From the NCBI GenBank assembly GCA_964035545.1, contig OZ037765.1, forward strand, positions 6,892,698-6,956,697: a DNA stretch of 64,000 nucleotides. The letters run 5' to 3'. The notes below the pieces were generated by a model that had not been told where the DNA came from, did not search any database, and saw only the letters and a list, made by a program, of their open reading frames with translations. Of this stretch, positions 37,201 to 47,100 are shown piece by piece. A program made the translations under genes and the position numbers. The first letter of the stretch is position 1; each line of letters begins with the position of its first letter. This stretch comes from Bugula neritina (lineage: Eukaryota; Animalia; Bryozoa).

Positions 37201-40185
37201 GAAATATAGAGTTTATTCGTCTCGGAAGGTCATCTAAAGTTCATGCGGCTTTATCTACTCATACCTCTGAATACCTGAGTAAGGATATATGTACAGTGGA
37301 TGAATTAACATCTTTCTATAAAGGTTATGTAAGTATATCAATATATTCAATATATTTGATAATATGAGGTAAATAGTGGACAGTTAGTGGGGAATTTACC
37401 CCTTTCTTAGCAGTACAAGTAAACCCTTACTCACTGCACTGCCAAACCCCTACTAATGCTCTATTATATCCTTTATCATCTAACACACAGGCTAAATTTG
37501 ATAAATCTCCAACATTATATTGCATATTTACTATACTCTTAAGATCTACACCTGAAGCTGTTTCATACCATCTTTATAATTTGTGAATGCTAAAACAGAA
37601 CACTAAAAATAGCCTGTTTTATTACAGCATGTGGTAGGAACAACATGTCTGGGCGTCAACCACCCCATGCTGATTCGTAGAAAGTTTGACGTCTGCATAC
37701 TCGACGAGGCGTCACAAGTACAGCAGCCCGTCAGCCTTGGGCCTCTCTTCTACGCCTCCAGATTTATCCTAGTCGGTGACAGTTGTCAGTTGCCTCCTCT
37801 CATCAGGTCCTACGATGCCAAGTATGTCCTGATAGACTCTCGGAAGCCTCAGGGTTTCTGTAATGTTTGAAATTCAGTTTCATTTTAGCTCCTGAGTTCT
37901 GCCTGATTTATTGTCGACTAGCTTGTTTAAAGTGGACACTTTAGTTCAAAGATTGTCTTTTTAGTTGTATTTCCATTTTTTAATCAGTTTTAAACTTTGA
38001 GGTCTTATCATTAGATTGAAATCCAGAAAATGCTACAAAATAGAAAATTTTGTTATAGCAAAAATTAAATAAGTTCTTCACAATTTTGACTGTCTCAGTG
38101 CTTGTTTTTGCTTTAATGAATTACATTAATCTTATTTATTGAAAATTAATTTGCATAAATGTGATAATCTAAACTAACCTATGTTTAATAAAATGTGGCT
38201 CCAACCTTGAAACATGACAGGAGTTATATATACATATTCAATAGTATTTTAGTCTAAGAGTTATTTGTAGGCGTCTGGGAATGGAAAAGACATTGCTTGA
38301 TCTCTTGGACCGCAATGAAGCGACTCTAGAGCTCACTGAACAATACAGAATGAATGAAGAGATCATGCGCCTGTCTAATCAGCTAACCTACGATATGAAA
38401 CTGAAATGTGGAACAGATTCTGTAAAGACTGCCACTATACCGCCTATCAGCCTGGATGAACTGGTAGGTACAGGATATGTGAGCATGTCATGTGATAGTG
38501 CGTAGAGGCAGGCCAACAACTTATTTTGGCTTCAGTCCTGTCCACTGTTAGCTGTAGTAATTTTTAAGAAGTCAGTTGGAGTTGCCTTCTCTAAGATTAT
38601 CACATTTTTACTTGAAATTTAAGCATTTTAATAGTCTCCAACTGTGCTAACAATTTAAAATAAAATTTAATATACAAAGCATTATATCAGAATCTCTTAA
38701 GAAAGAGCAAGCTCTTAGTTAATAATTGCCAATTGACAAAAATGAAAACTGTCATTTTATTTTCTGACTTAAAGCTGGATATTTTTTAATGTTTTAATAT
38801 GCTTCTTGTAATGAATTCTGTTGTAAAATCTTTTAATATTTTTTTCAAAACTAAAAAGTATTTCAGTTTTCAGATTCCCTCTCTACCCTACAATTGAATC
38901 CAAATTTACAAATTTCATTGTTATTTGCATAATTCTTATTGTGAAAGACTTCTAAATTTTATATAAAATTGAATTATTGATTCAGGATTTAAGTGAAGCA
39001 GTAGAACACAGCTGGACTCAGAAGGTAATTAGTAGCTCATTAGACCATTCATTAATCTGGCTGAACACCTCGACGTGTATCAACACCCCCTCCAAGAAGA
39101 CTTCAATATACAGTAACACAGAGGCTAGGGTTGTCTGCTCTGCATGCGAGACTTTGATTCAAGTAGGTGTCATTCTTGACCTCTGATAGGTCGTTTCCAT
39201 AACTCTTGTTTGCGAATAAATTACAGGCATAATGTGTGTTTAATAATATGCTAATGAATTAGCCATGTTTTTGTTGGTAGAGGTGTTAGCACAGCATGGG
39301 GCCCCTGCTAGACTGGTAACTTCAATCTTACAATATTCATCAGTGGCATTAAAAAGTGAATTTTGTGAAATATATTCTTGCACTACTTTGAAGCTCTCAA
39401 ATCATGTTGTCAGCATAACTTGATTAATAAAAGTTTACAAAAACCTTACCATCAGGTTGTCAAAGGAATGATAAATATAGACAGACAATTTTACTTAAAA
39501 AAACTTTTTCAGCATCATGCTTCTTTAAGTATCTGGAAGTAAACTATTTCTCATTATAATGTTAAATATTGTAAGATAAATTTTTGTTTCTAGGCTGGGA
39601 TGGCTGCAGACAGTATTGGAGTTATTACCCCTTATCAAGCTCAAGTGCAGCTGTTGAAAAGTATGCTGAGTACAAGTGATGTGGAAGTCAACACTGTAGA
39701 TCAGTATCAGGGGAGAGACAAATCCATCATTATTATATCCTTCGCCAGGACAGAAGTTTCCAGCAATAGCAAAAAGGTATACCTCCTTTTTTCTGGAGAA
39801 GCCCGCCAAGTCTCGCCAGTTCTGTACCTGAAATAACCTTTTTTGAACTTTGTCCTTTGCTGCTATTTGATATAAATTCGTCAAGTCAGGTCTGATTTAA
39901 AAGATACGTATTATGACTGATGCGTTGCACATAATTTAATTTTTTTCAAAATCAATAAATTGTTTTTAACTTTTACTGAATTTCTGTGTTAAATATTGTT
40001 TTTAGACTGAAGGTATATTGTCAGATGCACGTAGACTGAATGTTGCGTTGACGAGAGCCAAACATAAGTTAATCCTAGTAGGAAATAGAGAAGTATTGGG
40101 TGTGTATGACCCAATATACAAACTGCTGCACACTTTACACCCACATCAGATAATAAACCTACCTGCAGATCCTGTGCTGAAGTGA
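22214..40185 (+). CDS. DNA2: DNA replication ATP-dependent helicase/nuclease DNA2
   Basis: Exons: 22214-22625, 22708-23242, 23500-23571, 30644-30808, 31218-31305, 31725-31810, 32095-32253, 32588-32711, 33218-33353, 33959-34121, 34500-34688, 34933-35157, 35711-35818, 36150-36282, 36728-36892, 37200-37328, 37628-37821, 38271-38463, 38986-39162, 39594-39776, 40006-40185. Nuclease motifs: [43 protein letters not shown]. Fe-S cysteines: TTCVRR and [12 protein letters not shown]1 helicase motifs: [46 protein letters not shown]. Start codon and low-complexity N-terminus are less certain. Confidence 0.96.
23584..24164 (-). repeat. 3' LTR (581 bp)
   Basis: No difference from 29938-30518 seen by eye, and the three ORF translations are identical in both copies. 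On the minus strand, TATATAAG at 23751-23744 and AATAAA at 23686-23681. Confidence 0.97.
24165..24174 (-). other. Polypurine tract (GGGGGGAGAA)
   Basis: Purine run directly abutting the 3' LTR on the element strand. Confidence 0.9.
24267..24590 (-). CDS. 107-aa ORF after pol; probably the frameshifted C-terminal continuation of integrase
   Basis: No ATG start (TTG). Removing one C from the C7 run at 24597-24603 joins it to pol as [16 protein letters not shown]. Ends in an amphipathic, heptad-like segment [27 protein letters not shown]. Confidence 0.55.
   Translation of the reverse strand: MADYHVGRLTGPQSSSCSPSTGKDSKPRMQSSPESAGQLQVQQLANQPRHIVDGHPPSVNPSGRRCPRPTDGLDLTQRSDLDGRIQALSCHLDQCTREIESLIRRIR
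24583..28962 (-). CDS. pol: Gypsy Pol polyprotein (protease, RT, RNase H, integrase), probably expressed by -1 frameshift from gag
   Basis: Part of the 1477-aa ORF 24583-29016: FLLDTGC protease; [19 protein letters not shown] (RT); TDASD, ELLAV, TDH (RNase H); H-H-CEVC zinc finger, VDLVGP, TDQG, ERNNR (integrase); PKFVGPY (GPY/F module). Confidence 0.96.
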   Translation of the reverse strand, partial: FKHPGLAVTSANREPPANPIREEMTQGASSRPAEATWRRRRPQGLPDPPTQPPTTRMEPQDAGWQAPRRSRRPQGLPDPPAWPLQNRFAGLPEEAVEEDSAYSQEYPKLPSQPQKTPVVCKTKRRPAVRTQEVSPPETDRPRSTQPYGSSYFLPGKISGKAATFLLDTGCTTNLLSRRLFDTLGARERASLEPYEGAHGTLADGSCIPFYGIITLPGRVRDQVIHETFIVSHLKEDAILGMPFLEKHQCHMDFQKSAVVMAGKELACVDKFGRPLVGGVQVVQDCTIPGRTQATLRCRVNCKEIAALGVVEGTHGAIRLANSLNRLDCRKELLVQCINPFAESVRLSAGVLVGKYHSIHEADVGLALETVTDTQGNPPHNHGEAVPEHVAGLYSGACGNCTSSTERQTLAQLLAEYSDVFSRGDEDMGLTKVISHEIPLAAGTTPIRQPTRRLGPEKEVSRQVQDLLDRDLIEPAHGAWSSPVVLVKKKDGSWRFCVDYRRLNSVTIQDAYPLPRIDESLDALAGSKYFSTLDLLSGYWQVPLSPDAQDKAAFITRDGLWKWKVLPFGLTSAPATFQRLMEQVLSGLHWKTLLIYLDDVIVITPDFTTHVSRLREVFDRLRAAGLKLKPSKCALLQQEVTYLGHVVGRDGVATDPEKVQAVKEWAVPRDLSELRAFLGLVGYYRQYVPRFAGVAQPLNRLTAKGVRWQWTQEEQQAFDHLKQRLMEAPILAYPDPAKEYILDTDASDHSVGAVLSQVQGGSEVVVAYYSKTLAAAEKNYCTTRKELLAVVKAVKHFRPYLYGRTFRLRTDHASLIWLCKRAEPSSQVARWLEILAEFSYRIEHRAGKKHGNADGMSRRPVENCKQCLHIERRDGGPARLDVEAQLGDGNVYRWEHGHLRPETHSDDVQALRANPTLYQNVKELCRLQETLPGSVADIFRAKKEGRRPSEEQQRQGDAEFQFFCRRWNSLQIRSDGLLTMTLAADNRQQERDRVVCPRALRREIIWDTHKQAHAGASRVIRCLQMRWYWPGMTRDVRLRIRHCEVCQASKHGRPTETTGQRRLYAGRPWQVMAVDLVGPMPTTERGNSWILVLTDHFTRWADALAIPDASAPTVARVLDQRVFCYFGLPEQIHTDQGAQYQSQLMKDLCQVWGVSQSRTTPYHPQGNGVVERNNRMLGDALRSLLLGRSQEEWDVMLPQIMRAYRSTPHSSTQETPNLMMLGRETRVPEHLAYHIPNPEFPVHEYVGKLVETMKKVHDALREKQWLVRTEDSEEPPLYREGDWVWMVSYRRRRGQSAKLQPKFVGPYCVVEVLPNHTYRVERSGQISVQNEQRLKPYHGSPEAAGQAPPLLEPARQPISRGRRNQPREWEIFIRNPEEPDNSPRPPPQNPPSVPPTPDPLPRPTPIEDLSPPPDNPGPVTPPENREEVPPIHDTPDRPDTSVSNTLERARRDRKPPQVLG
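28919..28962 (-). other. -1 programmed ribosomal frameshift signal (U UUA AAC, 6-nt spacer, 10-bp stem-loop)
   Basis: Heptamer at 28962-28956 is in the gag frame (CCT TTA AAC); its -1 frame is the pol ORF (FKHPGLAVT). Stem GGCUCGCGGU (28949-28940) pairs with ACCGUGAGCC (28928-28919), 11-nt loop. Confidence 0.85.
28938..29864 (-). CDS. gag: Gypsy Gag (capsid-like region plus CCHC zinc knuckle), 308 aa
   Basis: ATG about 55 nt after the PBS; [22 protein letters not shown] capsid-type pattern; [14 protein letters not shown] zinc knuckle. Confidence 0.93.
   Translation of the reverse strand: MGDEEEEVMVEGEEEVEGDRLTMEMLITALREVGKTGQAAPGDRYRLRPPIFGGEGDIEQFIREFEEVATLAEWPAPVRLLHLRTCLTGQAKSYALGPNTAHIFQALRSRFGLTARAARDRLRTIRRDRKTSLQDHANAIEALVPVAHSDDTPAAQRGAVYEAFFHTINNPGLQRYYLAAKVTTIEEALALGKAYYQVEGPQCADFTACQIEERSEVIKPDQPNPQAVAAATTTPSSDQMTMLMDMVKGLQADMKQMQREQADKRNPRPRGEPAGTTHLTCWGCGARGHVRRQCPHERRMPLNTRGSR
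29919..29936 (-). other. Primer-binding site complementary to the tRNA-Leu 3' end
   Basis: Minus-strand TGGTGGCAGCGGTGGGAT lies 1 nt after the 5' LTR; its complement ATCCCACCGCTGCCA+CCA matches the 3' end of animal tRNA-Leu (AAG/TAG type) as recalled. Confidence 0.88.
29938..30518 (-). repeat. 5' LTR (581 bp)
   Basis: TG...CA termini; followed by the PBS on the minus strand; TATA at 30105-30098. Confidence 0.97.
33465..33815 (+). mobile_element. tRNA-derived SINE in a DNA2 intron, with 16-bp TSD
   Basis: A-box-like TGGTCTAGGGGTTAGAGC and B-box GGTTCGAGCCC with tRNA-like spacing, then a non-tRNA body (AGGAAAAGCATCCAGTCATAA...). Flanked by TTTATGTATTGTATTA at 33449-33464 and 33816-33831. Confidence 0.8.
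34153..34360. mobile_element. Degenerate Tc1/mariner-pogo-type MITE
   Basis: Left end TA|CAGTACTCCCTCCGTATCTCAC; right end reverse-complemented CAGTTCTCCCACCAAATCCCAC (17/22 identical). Right flank is CA rather than TA. Confidence 0.5.
35136..35335 (+). repeat. 25-bp minisatellite x8 spanning a DNA2 exon/intron boundary
   Basis: Unit ATGTCACCTT(A/G)CTCACTGACAGGTA; the first copy includes the coding end HVTLLTDR and the donor. Confidence 0.95.
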
Positions 40186-41378
40186 AAGAAATAACATTAC
40201 AGAAATTTTGTGAAAAAATTAGACTCTTTGTGCATTCTTATTGAGTTGCCAATGATAGCCTTTGTATGCTGTGAAAAATATTCACTTAGTGGAATGACTA
40301 TGAAATATGGTTGCAATGTGATGAAAGTTTTATGGATCAAAGTCTATGGTTACTCGTCAGTTGAATTATTATGGCCAGATTTTTTTATCAAGTTGATGTT
40401 TTATCTTCTTGTGCATAACATGTGATCTCTGTGTTCCTCTGTATATGAATTTATTTTCTGTTATAACACTAGTCTGTTAATATAGTTAGTATTATTGGTT
40501 TTAGTATTTTTGATATGCATTTAAACTGCATTATTTAAAAATTCTTAGTTATTTAGTGTTTGGAGAAGAATCTTTTACAGCTGTTCGCTTTGTTTTTGTT
40601 TACTAAATATAATCATAACTTGAGATTGTAAATGTTTACTATTATGTATAGTTATTTGCTGCCGCACTTCTCCATGCTGCTTCATAGATTACTGGAAGCT
40701 AAGGCATTCTCTTCGTTTACATATTTTTAACAACGATACCCCAGTCCTGTGAATAATGGATAACATAAGAAGTATTATTTTTTGTAAATAATTTTGAAGC
40801 CTCTCCTAACCATTGCTATAGCATAAAATTCTGTCAGCGCAATTGAGATGAAATGAACATAAATATACTAGTATAGTAGCATGTTTTGTGTTAGCTCCAT
40901 TAAAAGCAATTTAATCGGGCATGTCCCAACACTACTTCTCTTTGCATATATTTTTAGAGTTGTTATGAGACAACAAACTGGACTTTAAGTTGTTGATCAG
41001 ATGTTAGTGTATTGCCCGGATGTAAAGTAGGAAAGATTACCATGGTATCCATACTCACAAAAGCATTTCAACTTATATATAAAAATGTTGCATGAATAAT
41101 CCATACTCTGTAATATAGACTTCTATGATAAGTGCTTGTTTGTGTCTAAACAAAAGATCCATTAGATTGGCTTTTCAGATTTAAATAGATGAATAGGTTA
41201 GCTAACTAAAGAAACCAAAATGCTTAGTTTCACACAGGGGTGGATTTAAAGTCAACTTCTATTATGTGTGATTTTATAATTAAAATTATATAATAAAGTA
41301 GCATTCATCAGCTGTTACTTCTTCAGAGTCAACAAATAACAAACCTTGTGCTTTCGCTTTTTGGTTGGTGTATTACAA

Positions 41379-41652
41379 TGACGTCAAGTAATTTGTAAAT
41401 TATAAACTAGTTATAAATGGGTAGTCAGTTATCCGACACTTAACCTGGCTAAAGAAATGCACTGGAGATGATTGTCATCAATACCACTATTATTGATCTC
41501 ATTGCAGTATAGATATCATAGCCTATAGAGGTATTTACTATTTTGTACTACAGCTTCTGTGTGTATTCTTATGGATCTCCTATCAAACTTTAAGTTCTAA
41601 CGGATAAATGCTGTGGTTATCCTTAATACTATGAATGAGTTGCAGTGTTCAG
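41379..41652 (+). promoter_or_regulatory. Candidate upstream promoter and first exon of the carboxypeptidase gene
   Basis: TGACGTCA (CRE) 41379-41386, TATAAA 41401, TCAGTT (Inr-like) 41425-41430, perfect donor CAG|GTAAGT at 41652/41653. Motif-based inference only. Confidence 0.3.
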
Positions 41653-44153
41653 GTAAGTAAACAAGTAGAAGTAATTAGCATATTTAACAGTTGCACTGCA
41701 TTTAATCCTATACCATATTATTATGCAATGACTATCTACAAAATATAAGAATATTTCATTTTGCGAGAAAGTTTGTGAGACTTTATTCATGTTGTGAAAA
41801 TAAAGTCGATAAATATCAGATACAACTACAGGTGTGCCTTCCTACACACAACGTTGTATATGTATACTTACCATGAAGGAATATACTGATCATGTTGCAG
41901 AGATATACTTACCAGAAAGGGGAAATGTTCAGTTACACTACTTCCAACTCTCAACGTCTTCACACTCCATGTCTGCCACCAACTAGAAGAAAATCTGAAC
42001 CATTTGGGCAACTTCCAGGTATTTCAACATAAACCAAGTTCTAAACTGGCAGCTTTTCTACTGTCCTGTCACCAACACTGCTTACCATTTTAATTTTAAA
42101 AAAATCTATAAAAATGTTCTGCCATATGTTTAGAGTGTGCATTGGAGTCGAACTGTATTTTACTTGTCTATCAAAAATAATATACAGTGAATAATGCTGG
42201 TTTAGTAAATATGAGAGCCTATGTTGGGTTAATGCAGTAAACAAGTTTCATTTTAAATGTTGCAATATTTAGCTAAGTAGCTGTTAACATTGAAGTACCC
42301 CTATGAACCAATACCTCACTTGCATACGTCTACCTTCTTAACAAAACATTAAACTGTAAAATTGAGTGATTTTAGTGCTTGCTGTATATATTAGCTTTGA
42401 ACGAAATACAGCTAGCATACGAAAACCAGTTCTGGTTTTTGACGCTCTAGTCTTTCGAAGTTATATATAGCTTGTCTTGTCAAGATGAGCATGCGATCTA
42501 GAACCAATCAGAAGTTGTGTTCACATCTTTTCAGTTTCATCGCTCAGTTTTAATGCTTCACAAAATCTTTCTGAATCACTTACACAGAAACATTCTTGTT
42601 AGAATCTCTGCCTCAAAACAAGTTAGTTTGTATGATAATTCCCAAAATCTTTTAATCTTTGTTCTAAATAGGAAACTACAAACACTGATTAAGAATGCTT
42701 TTAGGGGTTTATATAATATAATACTGTTGTTATAACAATGGACTGGTTTTAGTATTGGATACAGTTTGTGCATGAGGGTAATTTAAAGTTTACTCCATCA
42801 TCAACATACTATTGTTGGAAAGTTTTACTATCTAATACGGAGTTGTTTTCTCTTGCTTTATAATAAATTAACTTCAGTATCATGATCAACTCAACAGCAA
42901 CAATAAATAACATGCATATATAATAAGTACATTATTTATTCGTTTGGTGCAAGGAAACCTAATTTAATTGGAGCCAATAATTTTGACCACATTTATTTCT
43001 AATGAATTTTTAAATAATTGCACATTAATTAGATAATATAATGGCAATTTATGATAGTTTTAGTTAATATAATTAAAGTATTGTGTGCTAAAACTTGATC
43101 AACTGCCTTTGAAAGAAAATAATATTTAGATCTCAGCTGTAGCTTTTAGAGTAAAACAGATATACGTTCCTATACACGCATGCCACCGTGTAGCCAATCA
43201 AGCATCAACTTTCATCATTGAAAGATGTTTTGGTTAGCTTTTAGCAGCCATGGCTTCACAGTGGCCATGCATGGGAAGACAATTATTATTATAAATTATA
43301 AACAAAATTAGTTTACAAGAGTACGTACAAGAACTGTGCTGTTATCTTTTTCCTTTCACAACTGCCATTTCAATCTGCTGCGCTTCCAAAACAAAAAGTC
43401 ATGACGACTTAATTCATTGTTATACTTGTTCTTTTATTTTTCAAGCTTAAGGTTCTTTTACAACCTTAATCGAGAGATTTTCCCTTAAATTTCTATGTAA
43501 ACTTTGATTCATCGTTAATAAGATAATTTCTAATAAATATAACTTTTGTGTGGTGTACAGTTTTGTATAATACCCAAGTACGCACACCATTATAACATTG
43601 TGAATTTTAGAAGTATTTAATATGTGGACTTAAAGTATAAAATTGCTTTTAGCATAAGAGGCAAGCTGCAAGGCTCATTGCATGTTGTTTTTGTCTCACT
43701 ACACTATCAATCTGACAAGGCAAACATGTTTTATGGATTATGAGTTAATTATTACATACAATGAAAGTAGGCTGACTGTTAACCAATAATGCTATCAGCA
43801 AATATTGCTTATACCTTCGCTATACATACAAGTGGCAAAATTTACATGTATTGAAATATGTTTTGCTTGCACTATATCTATTATGTACACAGACCAATAA
43901 CATAACGGCTTCATTCGTTAATTCTATTTTCCACAAAAGAACACAACAAAAGCAGTTTGGTCTGATTATTGCTGTCACTGGACAATATATTATTAAATTG
44001 TGAACAGCGCATAGTAACAGGGATACAGAGTACGACCAGTATTGATGCGTGCATATCACGCTACTGTTGTAGCTGCACATACACCTCACAGTTTGCTATG
44101 ACTTGTGCATGTATATAAAACTAATCAATGGTTAGTGTAAGGGTTACAACGTA

Positions 44154-47100
44154 ATGGCTTTGACATATATTGCTCCTCGCCAAAATGGAGCCAGTAAGTA
44201 AAAGTTTTCCATCTAAGATGTTCATTTAGAAACAATTTTTCTACTTCATACCTTTCTGTTAAGTTTTTTATGTTCATATAATTTTTTCTCTTCCATTACA
44301 ATGCATATTATGTTAGGCATGTTGGTGTAATAACAGACATGCTTTCTATTAACACGCTGCATGTTTTATCCTAGATAATATGTTTAGTTTACTGTAACAG
44401 TTACACCAGTGTTTGCGGATAACTCAAATGTTTCACTTTGTTCTTTATTTGTATTGCTATCTTGAGATTTGACAGTATTGCTACTACAGGCTCTCTACTC
44501 CTACGATGCATCATAAGCTATCAGTTGACTGAGTAGCATTGCATTGCTAAGCAACGCAGATACTGTGAACTCACAATACTAAGCTTATCTAGCTATGACT
44601 GTGGCCAGGTGATATTGTGGCACAGTACTACATGTAGTTAGCAGTTGGTGTAGGCAGATATGCAGAGGAGTAACAGTGTCTGTGCTGCTCACAGTCTTAT
44701 AACACAATATTTTATAATTCCTTTAGAGAAGGAAGATGACTGGAGGAGACACATTAGACAGCAAATAGACGATGAACTTAATCGCAGAGTACGGGATGCT
44801 TTAGAAACGCCTCCTCTAGAAAGACTCAGGCGCAGACAGCTTCAGAATGAAGCTAAAAAGTGAGTATGACACAGTAGTTTGCTAACAAAATTAACATATC
44901 ATGTTCATTTCTAAAAATTTGAAAGCAGTTTCCCTGTTTTTGTGTGTGGTATAGCTAAAAAAAATATCGGCTGACATTTTTATTTAAAGCTATAGCTTCC
45001 CTCCCACTGATAATAAACTATTAAAATAACTGGTCACTGTGTGAACTCACTTTGTTGCTCCGGTGGGAGGAAGGATAAGCTTAGTCTATTGATTGATGCT
45101 CAATAAAGCATTTATGTATCACTTATGCTATATTGTTTGAACTCTGGTAATGTTTGAGCAAGGAAAACCTTAACGTGATTAAATTAATAAATATAAAAGA
45201 CTTATCAGTAATTTTAGAAACTAGAAAGATACCACACAGCTTTTATATAACATCTTTTCTACATAACAGCCTAGCATAAAAGGTGATCACGTTTTAGCTT
45301 GATAGCTTGATATTGTCTATCTTCTACGGCCTAATCATAAGCTAAATATTTCTAATAACTTTTTACATCAGCTAATATTACATATAATATAAGGATTGTG
45401 AAACTCAAACTTAACATGCTTTATTGTTACAAGTGGTACTTCTAGAATTTCTTGCCTTCGATGTTGATATTCTCATTTTATTGTATGATGCATGTGTTAT
45501 GCGACTGTTAGTTGACCCCATGAATTTTTTTTATGTGTTATTTCTACTGATTGTGTTTTTTATTTCTAATATTGAATTAACGAGTTTGAAATAATAACTT
45601 TGAAATAAATAACAATTTTGAACAACTATAAACAAGTGTCATTATATGGTACTTTCTACAGCAGGTTTAGTTACTCACATCAGCACCTCACACCAGCTAC
45701 TTATAGCCACACCTTTAGATATGGCTTTGTACACTATGATACAATTTCTCTTAGTGCTGCTGCTGCCAAGGCTGAAAATGCTGACCTCAACGCTCACCTT
45801 GACCTGACAGAGAAGGAGAAAGAGTATCTGGCAGCTCGGAGACGTCAGCAGACCAGACTTAAGCTGCAGTCCAGAGCGGAGTCGGTGCCTGACTTGTCTA
45901 AGGCAGAGGACACCTACAACAGGTACCTAGCTGACAGGTTGGGGGCGGGCAGCGGGGCAGACAGCGAGGCCAGAGTCTACAGAGGTGAAGGTTTTCAACA
46001 GAGACCTCAGCACGTGCAGGCGTGAGTATTTCTTTTGGCTCTCTGTGGTCCTGTACCTTGCATCTCTCTGTATGGTCTAGATGTTTTATGGTGTCAAGTT
46101 GAACTTTATGCAGCAATTATGTTTATATTCTAATTTTAGAATGTAACTATTACTGTGTTTCCAAGCTTTATATTATGCAAATGGATTTTTCATTCGTGTT
46201 CGGAAACAGTTGCATCAAATGAAACTGCAACCATAAGTTCATCCGTAAAAGCCTCCATTTGAATAATTTGAAGTAATGGAAACACCATGTATTTCAATGC
46301 TTGATGCATTACATTTAAAATATTTTGGTAACTGCATCATTGAGTTCAACTCTTGTGGGATGTAACAAAAATATGTTTTCCTATGCCTTATTTATGTATT
46401 GTTTACTTTATATGTAATTATATGTCTTCTGTCATGATTCAGTTCTGTGTATTTAAAGGTTTGTAATTTATTTTTAAACTTAATTAGACTTATAGACATG
46501 ATAAGGTATGAAAGTGTGGTACTCGCCATATATGTCTCATAGTCATTATATTTTCTCTTTGTTGAAAATTAGCTCAACTATAGATTTGCTTGTGTGACAT
46601 TTTAAATACTTATTTGAGTTGTGAGCAATGTATACTTTGAAACCATACAGAAATCCCAGCCTAACGTATTAGTTCAATAATATATTCTGTAATATAATCT
46701 GCTTTGCATAAAAATATGATTTCCTCTTCCACCTCTCCTTTTGAATTTTATAGCTAGTCTCTGTTTCTTAGATTTTAAACTGCATGTGTTTATCGGCAGC
46801 ACCGCGTACCCAGCATAGGCCCCGAAACACTAACGTAGACATAATGGCAGCTAATTAGTGTGTAGTCCAAGATCACTCTCCCGCACCCATAACTTTTTTG
46901 CTAAAACTACACGAGTTTATAGTTTACAATCATATAATTTATCTTTTAATGCTATAACCTAAGTTTCCCACTAAATGTGTTAAATCATAATTGAAAATGA
47001 ATATTCAGCCTTTGTTACATACTGCCTACTAAAACTCATGTTTATTTTTGCAAACATTACAATATCTAAGTAGAAATAATTACTATGTTTACTGTAAGAA

